From Christensenella sp. UBA3217 (GTDB lineage: Bacteria > Bacillota > Clostridia > Christensenellales > CAG-1252), in NCBI GenBank assembly GCA_002363545.1, contig DEWF01000005.1, positions 44,294 through 108,293 of the forward strand: a stretch of 64,000 bases of DNA. Reading direction: 5' to 3'. Every line of letters begins with the position of its first letter. The first letter of the stretch is position 1. A program made the translations under genes and the position numbers. The notes beneath the pieces were generated by a model. That model saw only the letters and a list, made by a program, of their open reading frames with translations, made no database searches and was not told where the DNA came from. Of this stretch, positions 18,538 through 26,386 are shown piece after piece.

Positions 18538-21447
18538 TCAGTCCGCCTCTTGTAAAACGGCTTCCTCGGCAAGCGCTTCCGCGCTGTTAAGGTAATAGCC
18601 CGAGCCAACGGCTTGCACGTTCAAAGCTGCTTCTTGCAAGGGCAGGGTAAGAGTAAGGTCGGTGGTGTAGATCACGTACTCCCCGTAACGCACCAAATAC
18701 ACCGAAGCGTTTTGTACCTTTTCCCAAGAAACCGTAATGCTATCCGCCGTCTTGGTGTAAGTGGCAATAGGCGCGTCAAGGGGGAGATAGGTCACGTAAG
18801 AGGTCATTGCGGGACTGCTTGCGGAGAAATAACGGTTGTTGCTGGTGGCGCTCACTTCAATGATATGCACCCCTCCTGCCGTGATTCTGTCCGTAATGTC
18901 GGTATCACCGCTTTCCGCCGTGAAAGATACGCCGTCCACCTTGCAAGCATACGAGGTGGCATACGTGACGGCGGGGATATGAAGGTAAACGACATCTCCA
19001 TCCTTGTTCACCGAGATCTGCGGGCTATCCAGCTTGGCGGAGAACTCAAAGGTGTATTTCTTTTCTCTGCTGTCCAAAAAACGAGGATCGCCGGGCGCGG
19101 TCGCTTTGACGGCAATGGTTTGCTTTCCGGGAGATAATTTATCCGCATTCAGCACGATCACCGTTGCTTTGTTATCGTGCGCAACCGCCACCGAGCCCAT
19201 CTCTACACCATTCAAAGAGTAGGAGAAGTGGGTGGCGTCCACCACCTCGGAGATATAGCAACGGAACTCGTTCCCTTCTTGCAGTACCGTGATCTTGTCG
19301 GGCGAGGCAAGGTGCCTCACGTAATAATAGTGAGAAAGGTCATTCAAAAGGCGCACTTGGCTCACCGATACCCCTTCGTACACGTAAAAGTCCGTGGCGC
19401 TGTCGGCGGACCCGATCAAGCAGGAGGCGCTACCCGAAGATAAATAAACTTCTTTACCGCCATTGATCTCATTGGCCTTTCCGTTATAAGTTAAAACCGA
19501 GCTGTTGCTAAGGGCAATGACGCCATCGTTATTGCCGCGTATGGCAACGGAGGGGGATTGCAGGGCAAGGTAAGAAGTATCTCCGTAAAAGTTTCCTTTG
19601 ATGGTAACGGAAGAAGCGGAGATCTCCGCGGTATTCACGCAAAAGTCCGCATATACTTTAAGGTGTCCGCTGCCTATGGCGGAGAAGGAACTCGCCACGA
19701 TCTTTCCGCCTTTCACGTATTTCCCTCTTTTCTTGTATCCCATGGATACGTTTTTCTCCAAGGGAAGGGAAATATCCCCTTGCACCGTTAAGGTGTATTC
19801 GTTCAGGTCAATATCCACCGAGCGGGGCAGGATCAGATCGGAAGAAAGGTTCACGTTATCTTTGAGCACGATGGTCTTAATATGCTTTTTCCCGATCGCT
19901 TCGCGCAGTTCGGATTCGGAATCCACAAAAGCAATATCGTAGGTGGCAATAAAGTGCCCCGCCACCAAGCCGCCCACCAAAAGCACCACCGCAATGGCAA
20001 TGATGAAAAAGCGAATATGCTTTTTGAAGAAGCGGGCGAATTTTCCCTTTTTCTTGCTTTTCTTTTCTTCCGCTTCCGGCTTTTCATCCTTTTCCTCTGT
20101 GAGAGCGTTTTCATCGGACGAATCGCTTTGTTCGGCGTTTTCGGAATGATCTTCCCCTTGGGCGTTCAGCGTGATCTCTTCACCGCTGTCCGGCATGGTC
20201 ACGAGAGAGGGAGAGATGCCTTTTTCACCGGTACCCTCGGAGGAGAGCAAACGGTCTATCAAATGAAAGCCTTCTTCCAAAAACACGCCCGTGCTTTTAG
20301 CGCTTTCCTCATCGTAAGAGGCGGGGCCGTCGTTTTGCGGGGCGTCGCTCCTGTAAATCAAATAAGGAACGGGGTCGGAAGTGTGCGTGCGCACGGCAAG
20401 CGGGGTGGGGTGATCGGGACAAACGAGAACGTGATAGGGCTCGCCGCACTCTTTGAGGTAGGCAAGCACGGGGCCCACGATGTCGGAATCGATTTTTTCA
20501 ATGGAAGTGATCTTATCGCTCAAACTGCCTTGGTGGCCGGATTCATCGGGCGCTTCCACGTGAATATACACGTAATCCACGCGTCCGAGTGCGTCTATTG
20601 CCGCGCGGCCTTTCGCCGCAAAATCGGTATGCACGTTGCCCGTGGCACCCGGCACTTCGATAACTTCCATGCCTGCACCCTTGCCAATGCCTTTCAAAAG
20701 GTCCACCGCGCTGATCACGGCGCCTTTGATGCCGTTTTTCTCCTCAAAATCAGGAAGATTGGGCTTGGTACCTTCCCCCCAAAACCAAACGGAATTGGCG
20801 GGATTTTTGCCTTCCGCAACACGCTTTACGTTTACGGGATGATCTTTCAAAAGATCATAAGAGCGCATTTGCAAATCCAAAAACAGCTCTCCGAGCAATC
20901 CTGAGGGCAGGTGACGCTTGATGCCTTTTCCCGTGATGTCGTGCGGGGGAGTAAGGTCGGAGCCGGTCTTGGCGTCGTGCACGATCAAACAATGGCGATA
21001 ACTGATGCCGGGGTGGAAAGAAACCCTGTCGTTTCCCAAGTGTTCCTGCACGTACTCAATGAGTTCGCGCGCTTCCTCGGAAGAGATCTCTCCCGCGCTG
21101 TAATCGATCATGCGCTTATCCGCATAGCGTTCTTCTTCGGATGAAAGCGTTACCAAATTGCAACGTACCGCAATGTCGGTATCGGAAAGCGTGAGCCCCA
21201 TGCTGAGCGCTTCCAAGGGCGAACGGCCGGAATAACATGTGCGGGGATCGTATCCCATCACCGAAAGATTAGCGGTATCACTGCCCGGCTTCATGCCTTC
21301 CGGCACCGTCCGCACGAGCCCCACTTCGCTAAGAGGAGCAAGCGAATCGATATTCGCTTTTTCAGCCACCATCAAAGGGGTTTTTCCGTCTAATTCTTTA
21401 ACAGGCGTATCCGCCATGCCATCGCCTAAAAATACCACGTATTTCAT
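18538..21447 (-). CDS. Fusion protein: complete cofactor-independent phosphoglycerate mutase-like (ApgM/COG3635) domain + acidic linker + TM helix + ~470-aa extracellular beta-rich/Fn3-like region
   Basis: N-terminus MKYVVFLGDGMADTP...GSDTANLSVMGYDP...HVEAPDESGH...VCPDHPTP. Then KKSKKKGKFARFFKKH followed by FFIIAIAVVLLVGGLVAGHFIA. C-terminal modules such as DSITVSWEKVQNASVYLVRYGEY. Single uninterrupted frame. Confidence 0.8.
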   Translation of the reverse strand: MKYVVFLGDGMADTPVKELDGKTPLMVAEKANIDSLAPLSEVGLVRTVPEGMKPGSDTANLSVMGYDPRTCYSGRSPLEALSMGLTLSDTDIAVRCNLVTLSSEEERYADKRMIDYSAGEISSEEARELIEYVQEHLGNDRVSFHPGISYRHCLIVHDAKTGSDLTPPHDITGKGIKRHLPSGLLGELFLDLQMRSYDLLKDHPVNVKRVAEGKNPANSVWFWGEGTKPNLPDFEEKNGIKGAVISAVDLLKGIGKGAGMEVIEVPGATGNVHTDFAAKGRAAIDALGRVDYVYIHVEAPDESGHQGSLSDKITSIEKIDSDIVGPVLAYLKECGEPYHVLVCPDHPTPLAVRTHTSDPVPYLIYRSDAPQNDGPASYDEESAKSTGVFLEEGFHLIDRLLSSEGTGEKGISPSLVTMPDSGEEITLNAQGEDHSENAEQSDSSDENALTEEKDEKPEAEEKKSKKKGKFARFFKKHIRFFIIAIAVVLLVGGLVAGHFIATYDIAFVDSESELREAIGKKHIKTIVLKDNVNLSSDLILPRSVDIDLNEYTLTVQGDISLPLEKNVSMGYKKRGKYVKGGKIVASSFSAIGSGHLKVYADFCVNTAEISASSVTIKGNFYGDTSYLALQSPSVAIRGNNDGVIALSNSSVLTYNGKANEINGGKEVYLSSGSASCLIGSADSATDFYVYEGVSVSQVRLLNDLSHYYYVRHLASPDKITVLQEGNEFRCYISEVVDATHFSYSLNGVEMGSVAVAHDNKATVIVLNADKLSPGKQTIAVKATAPGDPRFLDSREKKYTFEFSAKLDSPQISVNKDGDVVYLHIPAVTYATSYACKVDGVSFTAESGDTDITDRITAGGVHIIEVSATSNNRYFSASSPAMTSYVTYLPLDAPIATYTKTADSITVSWEKVQNASVYLVRYGEYVIYTTDLTLTLPLQEAALNVQAVGSGYYLNSAEALAEEAVLQEAD

Positions 21448-21512
21448 AGTTTCACCTCGCCCATATTATAATGCGCACGCGCGATCCTGTCAACGAAATC
21501 CACTTTGCTCTA

Positions 21513-21541
21513 TTGACTGTCCATTTATTTTTCTATATAAT
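21513..21541 (+). promoter_or_regulatory. Consensus promoter immediately upstream of the lipoprotein ATG (possible leaderless mRNA)
   Basis: TTGACT (21513-21518), 17 nt, TATAAT (21536-21541). The ATG at 21548 lies only 6 nt downstream, and no SD is present. Confidence 0.55.
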
Positions 21542-21547
21542 AGAAAT

Positions 21548-22861
21548 ATGATGAAAAAGTTGCTTACCGTGTGTCTTATTTTGTGTTTGGCGGCTGCCGT
21601 TTGCCTTTTCGTTGCGTGCGAGGAGGAAGGCCCCGTTTCGATCGAAGTGATCACCTATCCCGATACTCTTTACGTGCAACAAGGCGGTGAGATCGACCTT
21701 ACGGGCGGCGTGGTTGCTGTGGTGTATTCCGATGGGCACAGGAAAGAAGTTCCCATGCAGGACTTGGAAAAACTCAATTTAAAAAAGGACGTGCTCGGTA
21801 CCCAAACCTTGGTGCTTGTTTACCGTGAAGGAGGAAAGCGTTTTAGTGCAAGTTTTGACATGACGGTGGTGTTGCCCAAAGCATCCGCTCTTGCTTTACA
21901 AACGGATGGGGTAAAAACTACCTATTTGGACGGGGAATCTTTTGATAGAAAGAACCTGGTAGTGACGGCGTCTTATGTGACGGGTATTACCGCAACCGTG
22001 CAAACCTATGATATTTCTCCTTCCGTTTTGCACGTAGGGGCCACGCAGGTGACCATTTCGCACGGCGGCGCTTCGGCAACCATTCCCGTCACCGTGTCTT
22101 ACAAGGCGCCCGCATCCGCCGATATCTTATCTTTGCCAAGCAAAACCGCTTACTTTGTGGGGGAGGCCGTTGATAGGAGCGGTATGCGAGTAAAGGTGAC
22201 CTATAACGATGGAGCGCAAGGAGAGTTTGACGAACAGAGTATTCGCCTTACGCGCGCCGACGGTGGGAATTTTTATTATCCCTTGGATAAAACGGACACG
22301 CAGGTCATAGCCGTTATCTCTACCGATTTCGGAGAGGCAACCGCGGAGTTTTCCATTACGGTGACCGAGGTGGTGCCCGTTTCGGCAACCCTTGCCGATA
22401 TGGATCCCCTTTGCTTCTTTGTGGGACAATCATTTGCTTTTTCGGATGAGGGGCCCATTATAACCATCTCCTATAACTATGGGGATGGGGTGGATCTTTA
22501 CGCTTCGGACGATGCTTTCTCCTTTGCCGAGCAAACGCTCACGGAAGGGCAAGAAAGTGTGACGCTATGGCTCACGGATCATCCAAGTATCACGGTGGAG
22601 ATCCCCGTTTCGGTGGTGCAACCCGAACTCATCGGCATCGTAGTAAGGATCCCGCCGCAAAAACTTTTCTATAATGACGGCGAGGAGATCGCTCTTGACG
22701 GTTTGGTGCTGGCACTTCAAATGTCCGATGGCAACGAAACCACTCTTGCGTACAGCGCGGAGAGCGGTATCACCGTTTCCCCCGAAAGGGTGCCCGCAGG
22801 TCCGCAAAGCGTCATCACGGTCACGTACGAAGGTTTTACCGATACGTTCAAGATCAATTGA
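21548..22861 (+). CDS. Lipoprotein with tandem bacterial Ig-like repeats
   Basis: Signal/lipobox MMKKLLTVCLILCLAAAVCLFVAC. Repeats of about 80 aa contain V-x-Y-x-D-G (VVYSDGHRKEV, VTYNDGAQGEF, LQMSDGNETTL). The listed 21239 start lies upstream of the promoter and inside the antisense gene. Confidence 0.8.
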   Translation: MMKKLLTVCLILCLAAAVCLFVACEEEGPVSIEVITYPDTLYVQQGGEIDLTGGVVAVVYSDGHRKEVPMQDLEKLNLKKDVLGTQTLVLVYREGGKRFSASFDMTVVLPKASALALQTDGVKTTYLDGESFDRKNLVVTASYVTGITATVQTYDISPSVLHVGATQVTISHGGASATIPVTVSYKAPASADILSLPSKTAYFVGEAVDRSGMRVKVTYNDGAQGEFDEQSIRLTRADGGNFYYPLDKTDTQVIAVISTDFGEATAEFSITVTEVVPVSATLADMDPLCFFVGQSFAFSDEGPIITISYNYGDGVDLYASDDAFSFAEQTLTEGQESVTLWLTDHPSITVEIPVSVVQPELIGIVVRIPPQKLFYNDGEEIALDGLVLALQMSDGNETTLAYSAESGITVSPERVPAGPQSVITVTYEGFTDTFKIN

Positions 22862-22885
22862 TAAGAAGCATTCCCGCTAAGCGGA

Positions 22886-22915
22886 TTGACAGTTTAACGG
22901 GAAAAGAAGTATACT
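22886..22915 (+). promoter_or_regulatory. Promoter of the riboswitch-CaCA transcript
   Basis: TTGACA (22886-22891), 18 nt, TATACT (22910-22915). Confidence 0.55.
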
Positions 22916-22916
22916 G

Positions 22917-23040
22917 TTTAAGTCAAGGGGAGTAGCGGGCACCATTGGTGCGGAAAAGCCAACAGCACTGCCGTAAAAGGCTGGCTAACCTTAAACTGCG
23001 AGACTGAGGCGAAAGAATAATTTCTCCGAGGTCTTTTTTT
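22917..23040 (+). promoter_or_regulatory. Candidate yybP-ykoY (Mn2+) riboswitch with terminator expression platform
   Basis: The hallmark GGGGAGUAGC lies near the 5' end (22927-22936), and ..GCGAGAC.. lies near the 3' end. Internal hairpin GCACC-auu-GGUGC. This is followed by GAGACUGAGG...CCGAGGUCU + U7, whose 5' arm overlaps the 3' strand of the aptamer. Confidence 0.5.
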
Positions 23041-23070
23041 AATTGTTTCGGAGAGAAGGAAGGAATACAC

Positions 23071-24162
23071 ATGATCACTTCTATGATTGCGGCCAAAGGA
23101 TCGGCGGGCGAGATCGTCCTTGCGCTTGTTCTTTTGTTTATCGGCATAGCCCTCATTGTGAAAGGGGGCGACTTTTTCGTGGACGCCGCCTCTTGGATAG
23201 CGGAAGTATCCGGCTTGCCCCCTCTTTTGATTGGTGCAACCATCGTGTCGGTGGCAACCACTCTTCCCGAACTCATCGTGTCTATCATTGCCACGGCGGG
23301 CGGCAGCGTGGATATTGCGGTGGGAAACGCGGTTGGCAGCGTTGTGGCAAACCTCGGACTCATTATGGCGATCTCCCTTCTGTTCATGCCAAGCAAGGTG
23401 AACCGCAAGGATTATCTTTTCAAGTCGGCGGTTTTGGTTTTCTCGGTGATCAACCTTTTGCTCATCGGCTTCTTTGGCGGCATGAAGGATGGAAACCATA
23501 TTTTGAACGTTGGGCTGGGTATTTTGGTTTTGGAACTGTTTTTCCTCTTCCTCGGAGAGAACGTTTACAGCGCATTAAAGTTGGGCAAAAAGCCCATGGC
23601 AAACGGCTTGACCGAGGATAGCAACGGAGCAAACACCGATATGGCTCCCTCGGAAGAGGTCCCCGCCACCGAAGCGGAAGAAACTCCCGTTAAAAAGGAT
23701 AAAAAGACCATTTTGATCAACATTTTAAAATTCATTGGCGGTGCGGGCGGCATTGTCGGCGGCGCCTTCCTGCTTGTGAATAACGGTGAAAAACTTGCCA
23801 AAGTGGCGGGTGTTCCCGAAGGCATCATTGCCATCACCCTTGTGGCGATCGGCACCTCTCTCCCCGAGCTCGTCACCACCATCTCCGCCATCGTAAAGAA
23901 AAAGTCCTCCATTTCGGTGGGCAATATCATAGGCGCGAATATTTTGGATATGACCTTGATTTTGCCGGTTTGTGCCATGGTTTCGGGCGGCGCGCTCATT
24001 ATGCCCAGACAATCCGTCTTGCTGGATCTGCCTTTCTGCTTGGGCCTTTCCCTCATTGCGGTAGTTCCCATGCTGATCACCAAGCGTTTCCGCAGGTGGC
24101 AGGGCGTGGCTCTTGCCGTTGCTTACGCGGCGTACATCACCCTCCGCGTGCTCTTTACTTGA
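23071..24162 (+). CDS. CaCA-family cation/Ca2+ exchanger (YrbG-like)
   Basis: Two alpha-repeats: GATIVSVATTLPELIVSI and AIGTSLPELVTTISA. About 10 TM helices with a central hydrophilic loop. Confidence 0.85.
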   Translation: MITSMIAAKGSAGEIVLALVLLFIGIALIVKGGDFFVDAASWIAEVSGLPPLLIGATIVSVATTLPELIVSIIATAGGSVDIAVGNAVGSVVANLGLIMAISLLFMPSKVNRKDYLFKSAVLVFSVINLLLIGFFGGMKDGNHILNVGLGILVLELFFLFLGENVYSALKLGKKPMANGLTEDSNGANTDMAPSEEVPATEAEETPVKKDKKTILINILKFIGGAGGIVGGAFLLVNNGEKLAKVAGVPEGIIAITLVAIGTSLPELVTTISAIVKKKSSISVGNIIGANILDMTLILPVCAMVSGGALIMPRQSVLLDLPFCLGLSLIAVVPMLITKRFRRWQGVALAVAYAAYITLRVLFT

Positions 24163-24325
24163 TGCGAGTATTGTAAACGAGGCGTACTTTTAAGGTAAAA
24201 AACATTTAACAGAAAAAGGGTTTGGGCGTTTCCCTGACCTTTTTTTGTCATTTGCCACACGAATAATGGGGTAACGGTTTTTGCCACAAAAAGATCGTTG
24301 GAGAGTGAGATGAGGGGGATCTTCC

Positions 24326-25069
24326 TTGCTTTCTTTTGGGAAATGGGATATACTTATGGGGATGAAAAGGAAACTTCCCAAACTGTTATCGCTCTTTTTG
24401 AGCTTTTTGAAAATAGGGGCCTTTACTTTTGGCGGCGGGTATGCGATGATCGCTCTTTTGGAGAACGAATTTGTTTCGCGCAAAAAGTGGATGGAAAAGG
24501 ACGAATTTTTGGATATGCTCGGGGTGGCGGAATCTACCCCCGGTCCCATTGCGGTGAATACCGCCACCTATATTGGCTACAAAGTGGCAGGTGTGCTCGG
24601 CGCCGCTCTTGCCACGCTGGCAGTTTGTTTGCCTGCCTTTACCATCATTTTTGTTATCTCGCTTTTCTTTGATAAATTCCTTTCCCTCAAATACGTGGGC
24701 TACGCTTTCCGCGGCATACAGGTTGCGGTGGTGTATTTGATCGCTTCTGCGGGGATAAAGGTGTTCAAGGGGCTTAAAAAGAATGCTTTAAGCATGATTT
24801 TGTGTGCGCTCGTGCTGGCGTGCTTTATCACGCTTTCCTTGTTTGCCGTATCCTTCTCTTCGATATTTTATATTTTGATTTGCGGCATGATGGGGCTTTC
24901 CGCGTATTTCTTTGGCGTGATGCGCGCTCGAAAGAGGGCTCAAAAGCAGGAAATTTCCGCATCGGAAAATAAGACCCCGTGCGATGGGGCAACGTCCGAC
25001 AGCGCGGAAGATCACAATGAACAGGAACCTTCTTCGGAAAAAGAAGGACAAGGGAGGGATGAGCAATGA
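24326..25069 (+). CDS. Chromate transporter (CHR) family half-size protein, with polar C-terminal tail
   Basis: FLKIGAFTFGGGYAMIALLENEFV...GVAESTPGPIAVN. TTG start with a GAGGGGG RBS; starts at 24356 or 24362 are possible. Confidence 0.8.
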   Translation: MLSFGKWDILMGMKRKLPKLLSLFLSFLKIGAFTFGGGYAMIALLENEFVSRKKWMEKDEFLDMLGVAESTPGPIAVNTATYIGYKVAGVLGAALATLAVCLPAFTIIFVISLFFDKFLSLKYVGYAFRGIQVAVVYLIASAGIKVFKGLKKNALSMILCALVLACFITLSLFAVSFSSIFYILICGMMGLSAYFFGVMRARKRAQKQEISASENKTPCDGATSDSAEDHNEQEPSSEKEGQGRDEQ

Positions 25070-25641
25070 TGTATTTGCGTTTGTTCCTAACCTTTTTGAA
25101 GATAGGCGTGGTGTCCTTCGGCGGCGGCTACGGTATGATCTCGGTCATTCGTGACACCGTGCTTTCGCAGGGGATGCTTACCGAAGAGGAATTGATGAAT
25201 TTTATAGGAGTGGCGGAATCTACCCCCGGGCCCATTGCCATCAATATGGCAACCTTTATCGGCTCGGCAAAAGGTGGCTTCCTTGGCGCGTTGCTTGCCA
25301 CGTTGGGCGTTGTGTTGCCCGCCTTTATCATCATTTTGATCATCGCGGCAGTTTTGAAAAACCTGTTAAAATATAAGCCCGTACAAGGCTTTCTCGGCGG
25401 GGTAAGACCCGCAGTTGCGGCGCTGATACTTGCTACCGCCCTCCTCCTGGGGCTTCGCGTTTTCTTCGGGCTTGGCAGCGTGCGTTCCGCTTTTTCTTTC
25501 CAATACAAAGGCTTGATCATTCTTGCGGCGCTTATTGCCGTGGGGCTTGGGAGCAAATATCTTTTGAAGCGAAAGGCTTCGCCCATCGTAATGATCGTGT
25601 TTTCCGCTTGCTTGGGTATGCTTTTTTACGGCGTGTTTTGA
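25066..25641 (+). CDS. Chromate transporter (CHR) family half-size protein, partner of the preceding gene
   Basis: FLKIGVVSFGGGYGMISVIRD...GVAESTPGPIAINMA. ATGA overlap with the upstream gene. Confidence 0.85.
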   Translation: MMYLRLFLTFLKIGVVSFGGGYGMISVIRDTVLSQGMLTEEELMNFIGVAESTPGPIAINMATFIGSAKGGFLGALLATLGVVLPAFIIILIIAAVLKNLLKYKPVQGFLGGVRPAVAALILATALLLGLRVFFGLGSVRSAFSFQYKGLIILAALIAVGLGSKYLLKRKASPIVMIVFSACLGMLFYGVF

Positions 25642-25707
25642 TTTTTGCGCGAGTTTATCGCTTAGGAAAGGTTTTTAAAAAAATATTTGCGTTTTGACCT
25701 CGATCTC

Positions 25708-25762
25708 TTGACAGATCGGGGTTCTTTGTCATATACTGCAAATAGTTGAATAAATATTCAAC
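25708..25762 (+). promoter_or_regulatory. Promoter plus ArsR/SmtB-type operator of the metal-efflux operon
   Basis: TTGACA (25708-25713), 18 nt, TATACT (25732-25737). Perfect inverted repeat GTTGAATA-AA-TATTCAAC (25745-25762) resembles TGAA-N-TTCA 12-2-12 CzrA/CadC operators. Confidence 0.55.
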
Positions 25763-25786
25763 CGTTCAATCGTTGGAGGTGGCGAA

Positions 25787-26149
25787 ATGAAAGTGGAAAA
25801 AGATATGTGTGAAGCGGATATCGTGCACGAAAGCGTGGTGGAACGCGTAAAGACCGCCATGCCGAATGAGGATATACTGGCGGACGTGGCGGATCTCTTT
25901 AAGGTGTTCGGTGACAGCACCAGAACGCGCATCCTTTCCGCGTTATTTGAGGCGGAGCTGTGCGTTTGCGATATTGCCTCTCTTCTCAACATGACCAAAT
26001 CCGCGGTATCGCACCAACTGCGCATTTTGCGCCAAACCAAGATCGTAAAAAACCGCAAGCAAGGGAAAGAGGTGTATTATTCGCTGGATGACGAGCACAT
26101 CTCTCGCATTTATAAAATGGCTCTCGAACACTTGTGCGAGGAAAAATAG
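25787..26149 (+). CDS. ArsR/SmtB-family metal-sensing repressor
   Basis: FKVFGDSTRTRILSAL...ELCVCDIASLLNMTKSAVSHQLRILR...EVYYSLDDEHI. Confidence 0.88.
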   Translation: MKVEKDMCEADIVHESVVERVKTAMPNEDILADVADLFKVFGDSTRTRILSALFEAELCVCDIASLLNMTKSAVSHQLRILRQTKIVKNRKQGKEVYYSLDDEHISRIYKMALEHLCEEK

Positions 26150-26158
26150 GAGGGGCGT

Positions 26159-26386
26159 ATGAAAAAAACGTATAAATTGACCGATCTGTGTTGTGCAAAC
26201 TGTGCCGCCGAAATCGAGCGCGGCATTGCCAAGATAAAAGGCGTCACCCTTTGCAACGTGAACTTCGTTATGCAAAAACTCACCTTTGAAACGGCAGAAG
26301 GGGGCGACGATGAAGCGGTGATCAAAAAGGTAAAGAAGATCATCCGTAGGGTGGAACCGGACTGCGATATGGTGGAGATCGGATAA
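26159..26386 (+). CDS. Small heavy-metal-associated (HMA) domain protein
   Basis: LTDLCCANCAAEIERGI metal-binding loop in a 75-aa ferredoxin-like protein directly upstream of the ATPase. Confidence 0.75.
   Translation: MKKTYKLTDLCCANCAAEIERGIAKIKGVTLCNVNFVMQKLTFETAEGGDDEAVIKKVKKIIRRVEPDCDMVEIG

Noticed and set aside
19882-20904. 340-aa plus-strand ORF
   Set aside because: It is antisense to the ApgM-fusion gene, whose enzyme motifs are unambiguous, and it has no motifs of its own.
21239-21547. N-terminal 103-codon extension of the Ig-repeat lipoprotein ORF. The same issue applies to 30163..30306 for GH13, 31862..31915 for the large glycosidase and 11320..11409 for sigA.
   Set aside because: The extensions overlap upstream genes or promoters and precede canonical N-termini (signal peptide, VVYQIYPRSF, etc.). 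Internal ATGs give the expected protein starts.
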